64,000 nt of DNA. Source: Candidatus Hydrogenedentota bacterium (GTDB lineage Bacteria > Hydrogenedentota > Hydrogenedentia > Hydrogenedentales > SLHB01). The stretch spans positions 1,312,001-1,376,000 of the forward strand of contig CAXXTH010000010.1 in NCBI GenBank assembly GCA_963668025.2, in the 5' to 3' direction. Under the pieces are notes generated by a model. It saw only the letters and a program-made list of their open reading frames with translations. It did no database searches and was not told the origin of the DNA. This document shows positions 39,245 through 50,242 of the stretch, one piece after another (within the stretch, counting starts at the first letter, position 1; every line of letters begins with the position of its first letter). The translations under genes and the position numbers were made by a program.

Positions 39245-39440
39245 GTCAAACTCCCTTACTGTTCGAATTTTTAGGTTTGCACTATTCTAACTAAAACAGC
39301 TTTAGAGGCCAAATTGTGTATATCAAGGTTTATATGCAATAACTTCGATAAAGAAAATGCTATACTTGGTGTAGGCACGGCTACAAATATCCTGACAATG
39401 AATACCTTGTATAAATGCATTGCCAATAGAGGAGATTCCT

Positions 39441-40544
39441 GTGTTTAAGAAAGCTGTTTTTCCTGGAAAATATATCCAAGGCGCTGGCGCTATCCGCGAA
39501 TTGCCGGTCCTGATTGAGTTGTTGGGCAAACAAGGGCTGATATTGGCTTCGCCTTCGGTGAAGGAAAAGGTGCTTCCCGCATGCGGCATCGATTGGAGTG
39601 CGCGGGGCATCCATATCGAAGCATTCCGTGGGGAGTGTTGCGAGAATGAGTTGGCCCGCGTATCCGCCATCATCACGCAAAAGCATGTGGATGTGCTTGT
39701 CGGCATGGGGGGAGGAAAGACCATCGACACGGCGAAAATCGCCGCCGACCGGCTCCACATTCCCGTGATTATCATCCCTACCATTGCTTCCACCGACGCG
39801 CCGTGCAGCGGGTGTGCGGTGCTGTACTCCGAGGGCGGCGTCTTCGAGTCCGTCTACTATCAGAAGACGAATCCGGCGGCGGTGCTGGTGGATGTGGGGA
39901 TCATCGCAGCCGCGCCAGCACGTTTTCTAGTGTCCGGGATGGGCGACGCGCTGGCGACATGGTTCGAGGCCCGGTCCTGCGAATGCACCCAGTCGGTGAA
40001 CGAGTGCGGCGGATACGGCACCACGGTGGGGCTCCACATCGCCAAGCTTTGCTATGAGACCGTGCTGGCCTACGGCTCCGCTGCAAAACTCGCCAGTGAG
40101 AAGCATATCGTCACACCGGCATTGGAGCATATTGTCGAAGCGAATATCCTGTTGAGCGGGATCGGGTTCGAGAGCGCCGGATTGGCGGCGGCCCATGCCA
40201 TCCACAATGGCCTCACCGCATTATCCGAAACTCATTCTTTCTACCATGGCGAAAAAGTCGCTTTTGGCGTTCTAGCGGGGCTTCAACTGACCGATGCGCC
40301 GCCGAGCGAATCGGAGGCGGTCTTTTCATTCTGTGAGGACGTTGGCTTGCCGACGACGCTCGCGGATATTGGAATGAAAGACGCTAACCGGGAAACGCTG
40401 ATGAGGGCCGCTGAAAAAGCCTGCGAACCTGGGCAGTCCATCCATCACGAAGCGGGCCTGATCACTCCCGAGCAAGTCCTCAGCGCCATGCTCGTGGCGG
40501 ACGCCATGGGCCACATGAGAAAAGGCGGCAAAAACAACTGCTGA
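39441..40544 (+). CDS. gldA: Glycerol dehydrogenase
   Basis: PGKYIQG, GGGKTIDTAK, PTIASTDAPCS, GMGDALATWFEA, AAHAIHNG and HGEKVAFG; GAGGAG RBS before GTG 39441. Confidence 0.92.
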   Translation: MFKKAVFPGKYIQGAGAIRELPVLIELLGKQGLILASPSVKEKVLPACGIDWSARGIHIEAFRGECCENELARVSAIITQKHVDVLVGMGGGKTIDTAKIAADRLHIPVIIIPTIASTDAPCSGCAVLYSEGGVFESVYYQKTNPAAVLVDVGIIAAAPARFLVSGMGDALATWFEARSCECTQSVNECGGYGTTVGLHIAKLCYETVLAYGSAAKLASEKHIVTPALEHIVEANILLSGIGFESAGLAAAHAIHNGLTALSETHSFYHGEKVAFGVLAGLQLTDAPPSESEAVFSFCEDVGLPTTLADIGMKDANRETLMRAAEKACEPGQSIHHEAGLITPEQVLSAMLVADAMGHMRKGGKNNC

Positions 40545-42257
40545 GCGTGAGAGCTTAGCAATTCCTTTAAAAACAGCTAATATGGATTCCAGGCGGTCTA
40601 TTTCGAGGCCGTAGCGGGTGTTTTCATCAGCGCCAGTCCAAAAAGGTAGACCGGATGATGGCCTTCATGGTTGCGGAATTCTACGACGATCTTTGAGTGG
40701 CCTTGCGTCAATTCGGCTGGGAGCGGCCAGGCGTATTCCTGGAAAATGTGTTCCGGGCCGCCATTGATGGTAGCGAGCATTTGGCCTTCAATCCACACAT
40801 CCGTTCTTTGTTCGGGTGTGGGCCACATCGCGGGCCAGATGGTGGCTAGCACGGTTAGCGTGTCCGTCGCGCCGTTTGTCTGTAATTCACAGGAGAGCGT
40901 TTTTTGGGCTTGGCGAAAAGGGCGTCCGGCGAAAAAATTAGGCATGATCCAGCGCCCCTCGGCCTCTAGCTTTTTCACCACATCAGTATAATCATCGTTC
41001 GCGTGGCCATATAGTAATGGCTCTACCATATGCATCGCATGCGCTTTTTCCGAGGCCTCGTCTCCCACGATTACCCGGTCGATGACCTGAGCTTCGCGTT
41101 CGTGCTGGGACTGGATGGTTTTCTGGATGGCGCTATATTCCGGTCCTTTGGGATCTACTACGAGCCAATACACGGCGAAGGTGTCGTCAACAAGTTGGTA
41201 GAGCGGCCGGAAAGTCACATCACGATTAAGGCCAACCGTGTGGAAAGCCAGCGATTTGGTTTTGACGGGCCTGAGCCAATCGTCTAGTTTCTGGGCATCC
41301 GCTAGCAGGCGCCAGTCATTCAGGGAAATGCCTGCGGGAGTGATCGGCGCATCCTGGCGTTTATTTGATGCAAGACCGATAGCATCGGGCGGCGTTAGGC
41401 CTGCCAAGACCATCGGGCCATAGAGAAAGGCAGTTGCCTTGGGATTATCGGGAAGGCTCATCGTGTGTAACTGCATCGGCAAGGCCAGTTCTACTTCGTC
41501 GCCATCTTTCCATGTGCGATCCATGGCGGCCCAAGCGCCGGGCTGGTTTTGAGCCTCTACTGATTTACCGTTGATACGCAGGCTTGGCGATACGGCCAGC
41601 CAGCCCGGCAGGCGCAGCCGAAGGATGAAATGAGTTGGCTCTTGCATGTGCAGCTTGATTCGGGTTTTCTCTTCCTCGGGGAATCGAGTACGCTGTTCCA
41701 GCCGTACTTTTTTATCTTGCCAGTTTAGTTCCGAGCCGATGAATAGATTGACATAAAGCCCGTCTGCATCGTGGAAGTAGATGCTGTCTCCCAGCTTGGC
41801 GAATGATTCCTGGCCGGTGCCCATGCAGCAAGAGAAAGTGTCTTCAGGCGTGCCATAGATTTTGGGGCAGCCAGGCCCCATGGGCATGAAGTAGGTTTTG
41901 CAGCCATTGGCTGGATTTTGAATCGAGAGCACGCCGTTGATCAGCGCCCGTTCGTAGAAATCGCCCATGCGGGCATCGCCGGTCCAGGCAAGCTGGTGGC
42001 GCGCCACCTTGAGAATGTTGTAGGTCGTACAGGATTCTTCGGTCGTGCGTTCAAGCGTCTCTTGCAGGCGGTTGGGCTCAAACCAGTTTTCGGAACGGCT
42101 GCTGCCGCCGGTCGCATACGAACGGGTGTTGACAATCTGGCCCCAGAAGAATTCCGTGATTCGGCGATACCGTTCATCGCCCGCCAGTTCATAATGGCGC
42201 GCGGCCCCAACGATTAATGGGATATGGGTATTGGCGTGGATATTGGAAAGATTATCG

Positions 42258-43627
42258 GGGTGCTCCCTCAATATGATAACCTCAATTGACCCCGTGGCGG
42301 GCCACGTGTTGCCAGAACTGGTCCCAACGGCCCTCGGTCATCTCCAGCGACCTGAGCGCGATCACCGCGCTCGCGCCCGCTTCCTTCCACCGCATCCCGG
42401 AGCATGCCAGGCGTTGCTTGATCAGCGTCTTGCACGCCGCCTCCGTCACTCCGCTGCCGATGGGAAGGCGCTCCGCCGTGTGCCGCCAGTATTGCATCTT
42501 CGAGCGGTGATTGCCGAAGTAGGTGATCGCCTTGCCGAGTTCCTCGCGGCAAGCCTGGGCGCGCACGCTTGGCAAGCTCGCCTTCATCTCCTCCAGCAAG
42601 CGTCCGGCTGCGCCCCTCGTGTGCTTCAGCCGGTGACTCCAGTCCGCCTCCCACTCCCGGCGGCGCGCGCCATGACCGTGAATCGCCTCCGCCGCCTTCC
42701 CCACGTATTCCCGCGCGTGATAGAAATCCAGCATCTGCCGGTCCGTGCGCGGCGTCAAAAACTTCCAGTTGTCCGGCGCGCCGTCGGCCAGGCCGATATA
42801 CAGCGCCGCCGGGTGCCTCGCCCTCACGCGCTCCACCTCGCGGCCGAAGCGCTCGAGGAAAGTCTGCTTGCCGTACTCGGGCGATGCGCCCGCGTAGATC
42901 GTGTGCAGCCGCTCCCCGTCCTTGTCGTACAGGCTGATGGACCCGCACATCGCCTGACGCCAGCCGTCCTCCCTGAGCAGCATGCAGGTGCCGTCCAGGC
43001 CCACGGCCACCGACGCGACCGGCCTGTCCAATTCCGGCAGCTCGTACTCCCACGTCTCCTCCCTGGCCTGCGCCAGGGCGCCCACAAAATCGCCGATCTT
43101 CTTCACATAGTCGCGCGAGATTGCGCGGCCTGTCGACTCGAGCAGGTCGCGGCGCATGACATCGGCGCCCATGCGGGAGTATTTTCCGCTGACGATCCGG
43201 GCGTAGCGCGGCGTGGCGTTCATGACCATTCGCGCGTCCCGCTCCAGCGGGCAGAAGGTGCGCCCGCCCGTGGCGGTGTTCTGGTAGACGTGCCGCTCGA
43301 CGCGGACCGGGCCGTGGGGCGTCTCGTAGGTCTGGCCGAAGCGCCCCTTGGTTTTGAAGGTGGTGGCGCCGACGCGGATGGGCGAGCCGTCTGTGTCGAA
43401 ACGGGCCAGGGCCTCGGCCATGACTGCGCGCCCCACCCCGTTCAGGGCCTCCTGGACCGCCTCCTCCATATCGAGCATCGAACCACGCAGCCTCAGCGAG
43501 AAACTCACCTCGAACGTGTCGCCGTCGCGCCTTGTCACCATCGCTGCCATCGGTCTTCCTCCGTTAAGGGTCCGGCATACTTATCGACCCGACACGAGGA
43601 TTTCTTTAGCATTCTGCGGGAACACCC
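42258..43627 (-). mobile_element. ISKra4-like element
   Basis: TIR GGGTG(C/T)TCCC; 8-bp duplication GATTATCG (42250-42257 / 43628-43635). Confidence 0.88.
42282..43550 (-). CDS. ISKra4-family transposase
   Basis: LDG, ADGA..NW, LDFYHAxEY, PIGSGVTEAACK and GMRW motifs. Confidence 0.9.
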   Translation of the reverse strand: MAAMVTRRDGDTFEVSFSLRLRGSMLDMEEAVQEALNGVGRAVMAEALARFDTDGSPIRVGATTFKTKGRFGQTYETPHGPVRVERHVYQNTATGGRTFCPLERDARMVMNATPRYARIVSGKYSRMGADVMRRDLLESTGRAISRDYVKKIGDFVGALAQAREETWEYELPELDRPVASVAVGLDGTCMLLREDGWRQAMCGSISLYDKDGERLHTIYAGASPEYGKQTFLERFGREVERVRARHPAALYIGLADGAPDNWKFLTPRTDRQMLDFYHAREYVGKAAEAIHGHGARRREWEADWSHRLKHTRGAAGRLLEEMKASLPSVRAQACREELGKAITYFGNHRSKMQYWRHTAERLPIGSGVTEAACKTLIKQRLACSGMRWKEAGASAVIALRSLEMTEGRWDQFWQHVARHGVN

Positions 43628-46159
43628 GATTATCGCATCCCTCAGCCAGTGGTTTGAGAAAGGTCTCGGATTCAAAGCGCTGGGCTAGGCGTAGATGCTC
43701 CGGATCGTTCGTCACGGAATATAGGTTCAACAACGTTTCAGAGATGCCCCCGATCTCGGTTCCATCCTTTATCCGAGTCCACTCGGCTTCCTCCAGTTTA
43801 TCTATTCGGCGCTCGAAATACCCCGCCATATTTTTCAGTATGTCTAAAGCCTGTGTGTTGCCACAAAAGGCATACTGGTCGTACAGCCCGGCCATGATTT
43901 TGTGAATGACATAAATAGGCGCCCAGACATGTTCATGGCGTTCCAGGCGCTCCAAATGAGATTCGGGAAAGGCGGAGAGATATCCGTTTCCCAATGATGC
44001 CTGGCATTTAGCCAATTCGGCTACGACATAAGCTGAGCGCTGGCGTAGCGTATCATCGCCTATCGCGGCCATCATGGCGCATGCCGAGAGATAATGCCCC
44101 ATGGAATGCCCGCGTATCTCGCATGTAGGCGCTTCACAGCCCCCGTATGGGCGCGCATCGCTCGGAAGCCCTGCATTCAGACGGAAGGTATGGAGCAGGC
44201 GGCCAGGCTCAAGCGACAATAGCCAGCGCCGATTTGCTTCTTGCGCTTCGGACCAAGGGCTATCCAGTAGACGGATGTCTTTGAGAGCGAAAGCTTCCAG
44301 GGCGGGAGTAGCCTTTGACGAATCAGCAGCCTCCGAAGCATAGGCTGGCTCTATTCCAAGCACCCACCCAATGGCCAGTATGCTGAAAATCCCCAATGAA
44401 ATAACCGTCGAATACATACTGAGCTGGTCATATGAGATGAAAACCGAACCAAGGCAATGCGGTAGTACGCATAAAGAAGCGGTCCGTTGGCGTACGACTT
44501 TTTTCATCGCGGGCTCCCTTCCGTTGTGTTATGTGTTTCGGCTGTATAGTTACAAAAAAATAGATGTGTAGAAAAATACGTCGCGAACGATATTGGACGG
44601 TATCGAAATTGAAGAAATAAAGCGAAGCAATATAGATAACGTTTACTGCGCGCGTTCGGCTTTATGCCATCTTTTATTGCATTTAAACTATTACAAGATG
44701 ATAGCACTAGACACAGAAAACGTTTTCTATTCTCAGTATAATCAGTTTCTTGTATTTTGTCAAGGGCAAGCCATCAAGAGGCATTTGCGAAATAAAGAAA
44801 ATCCGTATTGACAAGGGTTTACAAAGCGGCGGAATTGGCGCCTACCCCGGAGAATGCGGGGAAAGGGGCTTGGCGGGGGCATGAATAAGGATTTTTTGTG
44901 AAAAATCACCCCAAATGCCCTCGGCGAGCGGGAAAAGGCGTAACGTCTCCCGTGTGTGATTGTAGTATAGTTGACCACATAACCACGCACACACCAAGGA
45001 GACGTTTGCGATGGCCATTATACACCAAATGGGGTTGTTCTCGTGGAACCAGGTCGACGCGGCGTCGGATCTGGATCGGCTGAACCTGTTGCTGGCGGCG
45101 CTGCCGGATGAAGATTTGATGCGGGCGATGGAAGCCGAACGCAAGGGGCGGCGCGACGATTATCCTATCCGCGCGATGTGGAACAGCATACTGGCGGGGA
45201 TCGTCTTCCAGCACGACGGCGTCGAAAGCCTGCGCCGCGAACTAGCCCGAAACGGGCAATTGCGCCAGTTGTGCGGATTCGACGTGTTGCGGGGCGCCAA
45301 GGCGGTCCCGCCCGAATGGGTGTACACGCGGTTCTTCGCCAGATTACTGCGCCACTGGAAAGAAGTGGACCGGATGTTCGACGCGCTCATCGTCCGGCTG
45401 ATGGAACGCTTGCCGGATCTCGGGGTGCGTCTGGCCGTAGACTCGAAAGCCATCCAAACCCACGCCAAGCCTCCGCGCAAAGACGCGGTCCTGGAAAACG
45501 AAGAGCCGGACGGGCGGCGCGACCGCGACGCAGACTGGGGCACGAAAACCTACAAGGGCGTTCACAAGGACGGCACGCCCTGGGAGAAGGTCAAACGGTG
45601 GTTCGGCTACAAGCTGCACCTCATCGTGGACACGAAATATGAATTGCCGCTGGGCTACGCGGTCACGAAAGCCAGCGCCAACGACTCGCCCTTTCTGCTG
45701 CCCCTCGTGGCGGCTCTCGACGCGCGCCACCCCGAACTCGTCCAACGCGCCGAGTACCTCAGCGCCGACAAGGGCTATGATTCCGAAGCCAACAACAAGG
45801 GCCTCTTCGAGGAACATGAAATCCGGCCCATCGTGGACATCCGGGCGACCTGGAAAGAAGAACCGGAACGGCCCCGCCCTTTATATCCCGAACGGGTAGA
45901 CACGATCTTCCATACCGAACGAGGTGAAGTCCTCTGCCGGTGTCGTAACGGCGCCCCAAACGAACGCGACAACTATGATTCCATGGCCTACCAAGGATTC
46001 GAGCAAGATCGGGGAACCTTGAAATACCGTTGCCCAGCCAAGGCACGCGGGAGCGCCTGTACCCAGCAAGACCTCTGCAACCAAGGATGCCAGCCCGAAC
46101 ACGGACGGATTGTCCGCGTGCCCATCGCTATCGACCGGCGCATCTTTACCCCCCTGCCC

Positions 46160-47505
46160 CATAAGCGCTAACCTTATTTGATGTCTCCTGACGAATCTTC
46201 TATACTGGGTGCATGGAAGCAGCGTGGAATGAGAATTGGCAGTGTTTACAGCGTTTTCTCCCTGCTGGATGGGAGGACAAGGCTCGTGAATTGGGCGCGT
46301 GGCACCGCAAGCCTCGTTCTATATCGTCGACGGAATCGCTCCTGCGCTTGCTGTTGATCCATTTGGCGGATGGGTGTTCTCTGCGTGAGGCTGTCGTTCG
46401 TGCTCGAGAAGGGAATGTGGCGTCCGTGTCGGATGTGGCACTTCTTAAGCGGTTGCGTGCTTCGGGGGAATGGCTGCGGTGGATGGCCGTAGAGATACTT
46501 CAACGTCGCGCGGGACCGTGCGTTCGGCCTGCATGGCTGGAGTATTACCGTGTTCGCGTCGTGGATGCGAGCGTTGTCTGCGAACCGGGAAGCACGGGAA
46601 CGGACTGGCGCGTTCACTACAGCCTATGTTTATACGGTCTTCAATGCGATGAGTTTCATATTACCGGCCCGAAGGTTGGAGAGAGTTTCGCGCGATTCCG
46701 AGTCTCGCCTGGCGACCTATTGCTCGGAGATCGTGCTTATGGGCATCTCAAAGGTTTTCGTTATGTGCTCGGCCATAACGGGAACTTTCTGACGCGTCTT
46801 AAGAATAAAGCCTTCAGTCTTCGGAATGGCGCAGGGAACACCTGTCCACTGGCTGGATTGGTGGCGTCTCTAGAGGTAGGGGAAGTGGGTGATTGGGCCC
46901 TGATTGGCCAGGCAAAGGGGCAGGAGGAGCTGGCGCTACGGATCTGTGCGCTGCGTTTGAGCGAGGAAGCCGCCGCGCAAAGCATCCGCCGGGCGAAGAA
47001 AGAGCTAAGCAAGAAGCAACGGAGTCTGGATCCCGAAACGCTTGTGCTGCATCGCTACGTCATACTGGCCACATCCTTGCCGGATTCAATATCGCCGCAC
47101 CAGGTTATCGAGTTGTACCGGGCGCGCTGGCAGGTGGAGTTGGCCTTCAAACGGATGAAGTCGATTATGGGATTGGGACACTTGCCAAAGGAAGACGAGG
47201 AGTCGGCCAAGGCTTGGCTCCACGGCAAAATGCTTGTCTCCTGCCTTGCCCAGGCCATTGTTGATGAGGGGCGCTTTTTTTCCCCCTGGGGATATCCACT
47301 GTGACGATATCTACCGCGAGGCCTCCTTGTGGCGCGAACTCTCTTTCGCCTTGCACCTCCTTCGCCAAGCGGTCAATCCGACGCTTGGATTATCCGAATG
47401 CATCAGCCAGTGGCGGGAAATCGCGAGAGATCTGGCAGAGCCCCCAAGGAAGCGAATGCAACAGTTGCGTGGTTTGATGGAGGCAATATAAGGTTAGCGC
47501 TTATG
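46160..47505 (+). mobile_element. IS4-family element
   Basis: 18-bp perfect TIR CATAAGCGCTAACCTTAT; 11-bp duplication CCCCCCTGCCC (46149-46159 / 47506-47516). Confidence 0.92.
46213..47304 (+). CDS. IS4-family transposase (possible +1-frame extension to 47491)
   Basis: VDAS, GDRAY and YRARWQVELAFKRMKS (YREK) motifs. Confidence 0.92.
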   Translation: MEAAWNENWQCLQRFLPAGWEDKARELGAWHRKPRSISSTESLLRLLLIHLADGCSLREAVVRAREGNVASVSDVALLKRLRASGEWLRWMAVEILQRRAGPCVRPAWLEYYRVRVVDASVVCEPGSTGTDWRVHYSLCLYGLQCDEFHITGPKVGESFARFRVSPGDLLLGDRAYGHLKGFRYVLGHNGNFLTRLKNKAFSLRNGAGNTCPLAGLVASLEVGEVGDWALIGQAKGQEELALRICALRLSEEAAAQSIRRAKKELSKKQRSLDPETLVLHRYVILATSLPDSISPHQVIELYRARWQVELAFKRMKSIMGLGHLPKEDEESAKAWLHGKMLVSCLAQAIVDEGRFFSPWGYPL

Positions 47506-48190
47506 CCCCCCTGCCCCGCAGCGCCAAATCCTGGCGCCGCGAATACAAACACCGCACCGCCATCGAGCGAGTCAACAGCCGACTCGACGGCGCATACGGA
47601 TTCGAGCGCCACTACATCCGCGGTATGAAAAAGATGCGCGCCCGCACCGGATTAGCCCTCCTCGTCATGCTCGGCATGGCCCTGGGATGGCTCGAAGCCG
47701 GCCAGGCAGAACGCATGCGCTCGCTCCTCGGACAGCCCCGCGCCGCATAGATCACATCGAATCCGCACAAGCAATGATGGCCCGAATCAAGGGCAAACCA
47801 TGCCCATTCGGGCCGCAAGGGTCCTACACGCGAACCTCCTGCATGATTTATTGCACCCGTAGCGGAGGCGTAATCCCATTGCCACAGGCGAAAACCGCTC
47901 CGCGTGTGCCCGCACCGTCCGCGCGTTCGCAAACCACGCTATTTCGCAAATGCCTCATCAAACGGGAAATAGGCATTCCACGACGAAAGAGAACATGAAA
48001 GCGGTAGCAAGCTACCGCACTTATACACGCTCTAAGTATTTCTGGTGAAACGATATGGAGTGCGGCAGCTTGCTGACGCTTTAGCGTGCGGATTCGACTC
48101 GAATGGCCTTTTTTCAATTTGTGGCGAAGTAAACTCACTCAGGAGACATTTTTGAGCATCCATGAACGCGAGGCTCCAGAAGAAACGACC

Positions 48191-48216
48191 TGGATTCCCG
48201 CTTTCGCGGGAATGAC
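48191..48216. repeat. ATTCCC-N8-GGGAAT palindrome (dRS3-like)
   Basis: TGGATTCCCGCTTTCGCGGGAATGAC. Confidence 0.6.
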
Positions 48217-48258
48217 ACAGTATTAGTAAATGGGTATTATTGGTGTCTATTCGCGGTA

Positions 48259-48387
48259 TTATTCAAGCGTTTCAGGATGCACGCAATTCGGCGGAGTCCC
48301 GCCATTGACACAGGCGATGATGTTTTGGACGTCCATTTTCGCCATGCGGTTGCGGATGGCGTGGGTGGCGCTGCCGAGGTGGGGAAT
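48259..48387 (-). pseudogene. Diverged duplicate of the 3' end of the 2-hydroxyacid dehydrogenase at 50467-51450
   Basis: 129 bp colinear with 50467-50595; encodes IPHLGSATHAIRNRMAKMDVQNIIACVNGGTPPNCVHPETLE*. Confidence 0.9.
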
Positions 48388-48518
48388 AGTGAACCCTGCC
48401 GCGCTACATCGAAGAACTCAACCACAGGCCAAGGGAAAAGCCCGGTGACCGAACTCCAAACAAAATCTTCCAATCAAACGGTGTTGCATTTGCTCCTTGG
48501 ATCCGGGGTCTACGCGGC

Positions 48519-49517
48519 TTATCGCTTGCGGCGTCCAAACCAGAAAGCAGCCAGAATCGCCACCGCTAGCGCCAGAGCAATGCCGGTGTACAGGTGTATG
48601 CCGCCCTCACTAGAATGTGGATCGGTGTCGGTATTCTCCGGCATCTGAAGTGGACCCTTCATGCCGGAGGGTGGGCCAGGCAAAGCCTCGTTATTGGAGT
48701 TGTCGCTGCCACTCTCGGAGACGGCGGACTCGATTGGGTGGCCCGGTTTCCGTTTTCTCGAACTAGCCACAAGTTCATATGCATCCGCATGTGAGATTCC
48801 CTCGAGTTCCTTCAGAGCAGTCTGGGCCTCTTCCTCAAAAATGCTTCCAGGAAAACGGTCGAGCAGCGTGCGATAGGATTTCTCAGCCGCCTCGGGGTTG
48901 CCTAGTTGCGCGTAGGACCTAGCCGCGTAAACTAAACTCTCTCGATAGGCAATATCTATGCCAAACCGGCTTCGCGCTTCCTCCGGTATGGCGTCGTAGT
49001 TGGCTTCCAGTTTGGCATTGAGTTCAATGGCATACGACAGTGCGCCTTCGTAGTCGCCCGATTCATAATGGTAACACACGATCATGCGGCCAATGTTGTA
49101 GATCTGCAAGTAGTCCGCATTGGTGGGATCGTTCCAGATATTCTCGAAGAGAGCAGTTCTTTCTTTGCTGTACCTATCAAATCCATACGCCACCGCCCGG
49201 TGGTACTGGAGTGTCACGATTTCTCCCGTATCCTTACCATACTCGGGCATTTCCTTGAACATTCGATCATAGCATGCCACGGCTCCCTGGTTATCTCCGC
49301 GCGCAAGGCACTCGTCGATCTCCCGATAGTAAACCTGTGCCTTCTGTTGTTCAACTTCTTGCGGTGTAATTGGTAAGATCATGGCAGGTCCCGGGTCCTC
49401 CATGGCAGGCGTCTCTTGTCCGGCTCCTTGTCCCGCGATTGCAAAAACGCAGAGGATGGCCACTAGCGGGCATCGCAGAAAATCTGGAATGCTTCTTAAC
49501 AGGTAGCGGATGGACAT
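48519..49517 (-). CDS. Exported TPR-like protein with C-terminal TM anchor and basic tail
   Basis: Signal peptide; YRTLLDRFPGS TPR-like repeat; low-complexity linker; GG..TM..GRRKR C-terminus. Confidence 0.7.
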   Translation of the reverse strand: MSIRYLLRSIPDFLRCPLVAILCVFAIAGQGAGQETPAMEDPGPAMILPITPQEVEQQKAQVYYREIDECLARGDNQGAVACYDRMFKEMPEYGKDTGEIVTLQYHRAVAYGFDRYSKERTALFENIWNDPTNADYLQIYNIGRMIVCYHYESGDYEGALSYAIELNAKLEANYDAIPEEARSRFGIDIAYRESLVYAARSYAQLGNPEAAEKSYRTLLDRFPGSIFEEEAQTALKELEGISHADAYELVASSRKRKPGHPIESAVSESGSDNSNNEALPGPPSGMKGPLQMPENTDTDPHSSEGGIHLYTGIALALAVAILAAFWFGRRKR

Positions 49518-49618
49518 GGCTTTTCTCCCCATGTACGGAGACAGGGCAGCATCTGATTTCCATATCCCCGTGAGCCCATACCTATAACTACGCACGCTCC
49601 ATTATCCACGTTATCCGG

Positions 49619-50242
49619 TCAGGATTTGTCTCCGTTCCCATCCGGATCGGTGTTTTGTGAAAACGTATGAATCTGGGAGAAGACGCCTGTGTGTTCTTTG
49701 CTAGAGTTTGCGGCGTTTATACATGACCGAGTATATCCCTGTAAAAAGCATTGTCCAGGGTAGCAAGTGTCGCACTTCCACTCGAGATCTGCCTGGTATC
49801 GTACCTGTTCGGGGCACTCCATAAGGTCGGCCATGGCCTCATATCTGTAGCACTTACCCGCCGGGATGGTCATCTGATCCGTCACGGTCCACGTGTGAGT
49901 GTCCAAATCTGAGTTTTGGTTGTTCACCTTAGTCTTGGCCTCGTCATCAGCCACAACCTTGGCTGGTTTGCCCGCGCTCACTGTTTCTTTGATCGTCCAG
50001 ATGGCTTCATTACAGGTGTGATTATGCTTCTCGAAGACTTTAATCACGACATTCTCTTGGACAATTGGAGGATCTCCGACATACCCGGAATCGTATGGCT
50101 GCGCCACGACACGGTAGCCTGCGTGACCCACGTGATCGGTACATGAATCGGCATAGGAGAGTAACATTATTAAAATAAACATACAGAATCCGAGTGCGGC
50201 CATTTTGCCCGGTATTATCCTAATGTTTTCGTGATGTTTCAT
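49619..50242 (-). CDS. Cys-rich exported hypothetical protein
   Basis: AGGGAG RBS before ATG 50242; hydrophobic signal; 8 Cys in a beta-rich mature part. Confidence 0.65.
   Translation of the reverse strand: MKHHENIRIIPGKMAALGFCMFILIMLLSYADSCTDHVGHAGYRVVAQPYDSGYVGDPPIVQENVVIKVFEKHNHTCNEAIWTIKETVSAGKPAKVVADDEAKTKVNNQNSDLDTHTWTVTDQMTIPAGKCYRYEAMADLMECPEQVRYQADLEWKCDTCYPGQCFLQGYTRSCINAANSSKEHTGVFSQIHTFSQNTDPDGNGDKS

Larger units (their letters stand above)
40598..44507 (-). pseudogene. GH127 (beta-L-arabinofuranosidase-like) gene interrupted by an IS
   Basis: 5' part has RGHSMGHYLSA and HKIMAGL; 3' part has HANT, ESCTTYN, YERAL and CCMGTG; removing the IS and one TSD gives in-frame EGCDNLSNIHANTHIP. 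Confidence 0.9.
45011..47750 (+). pseudogene. Transposase interrupted by IS4
   Basis: AVDS, DADWG, FGYKLH and ADKGYD upstream; after the nested IS the frame resumes with RSAKSWRREYKHRTAIERVNSRL to TAG 47750. Confidence 0.88.
44778..47956 (+). mobile_element. IS5/IS1182-like element carrying a nested IS4
   Basis: 17-bp perfect TIR GAGGCATTTGCGAAATA (44778-44794 / 47940-47956); 5-bp duplication ATCAA. Confidence 0.88.

Noticed and set aside
42231-43688. 485-aa plus-strand ORF
   Set aside because: Antisense to the ISKra4-like transposase
42258-47956. Possible composite transposon carrying the GH127 5' half
   Set aside because: The flanking IS elements are different families, each with its own target duplication
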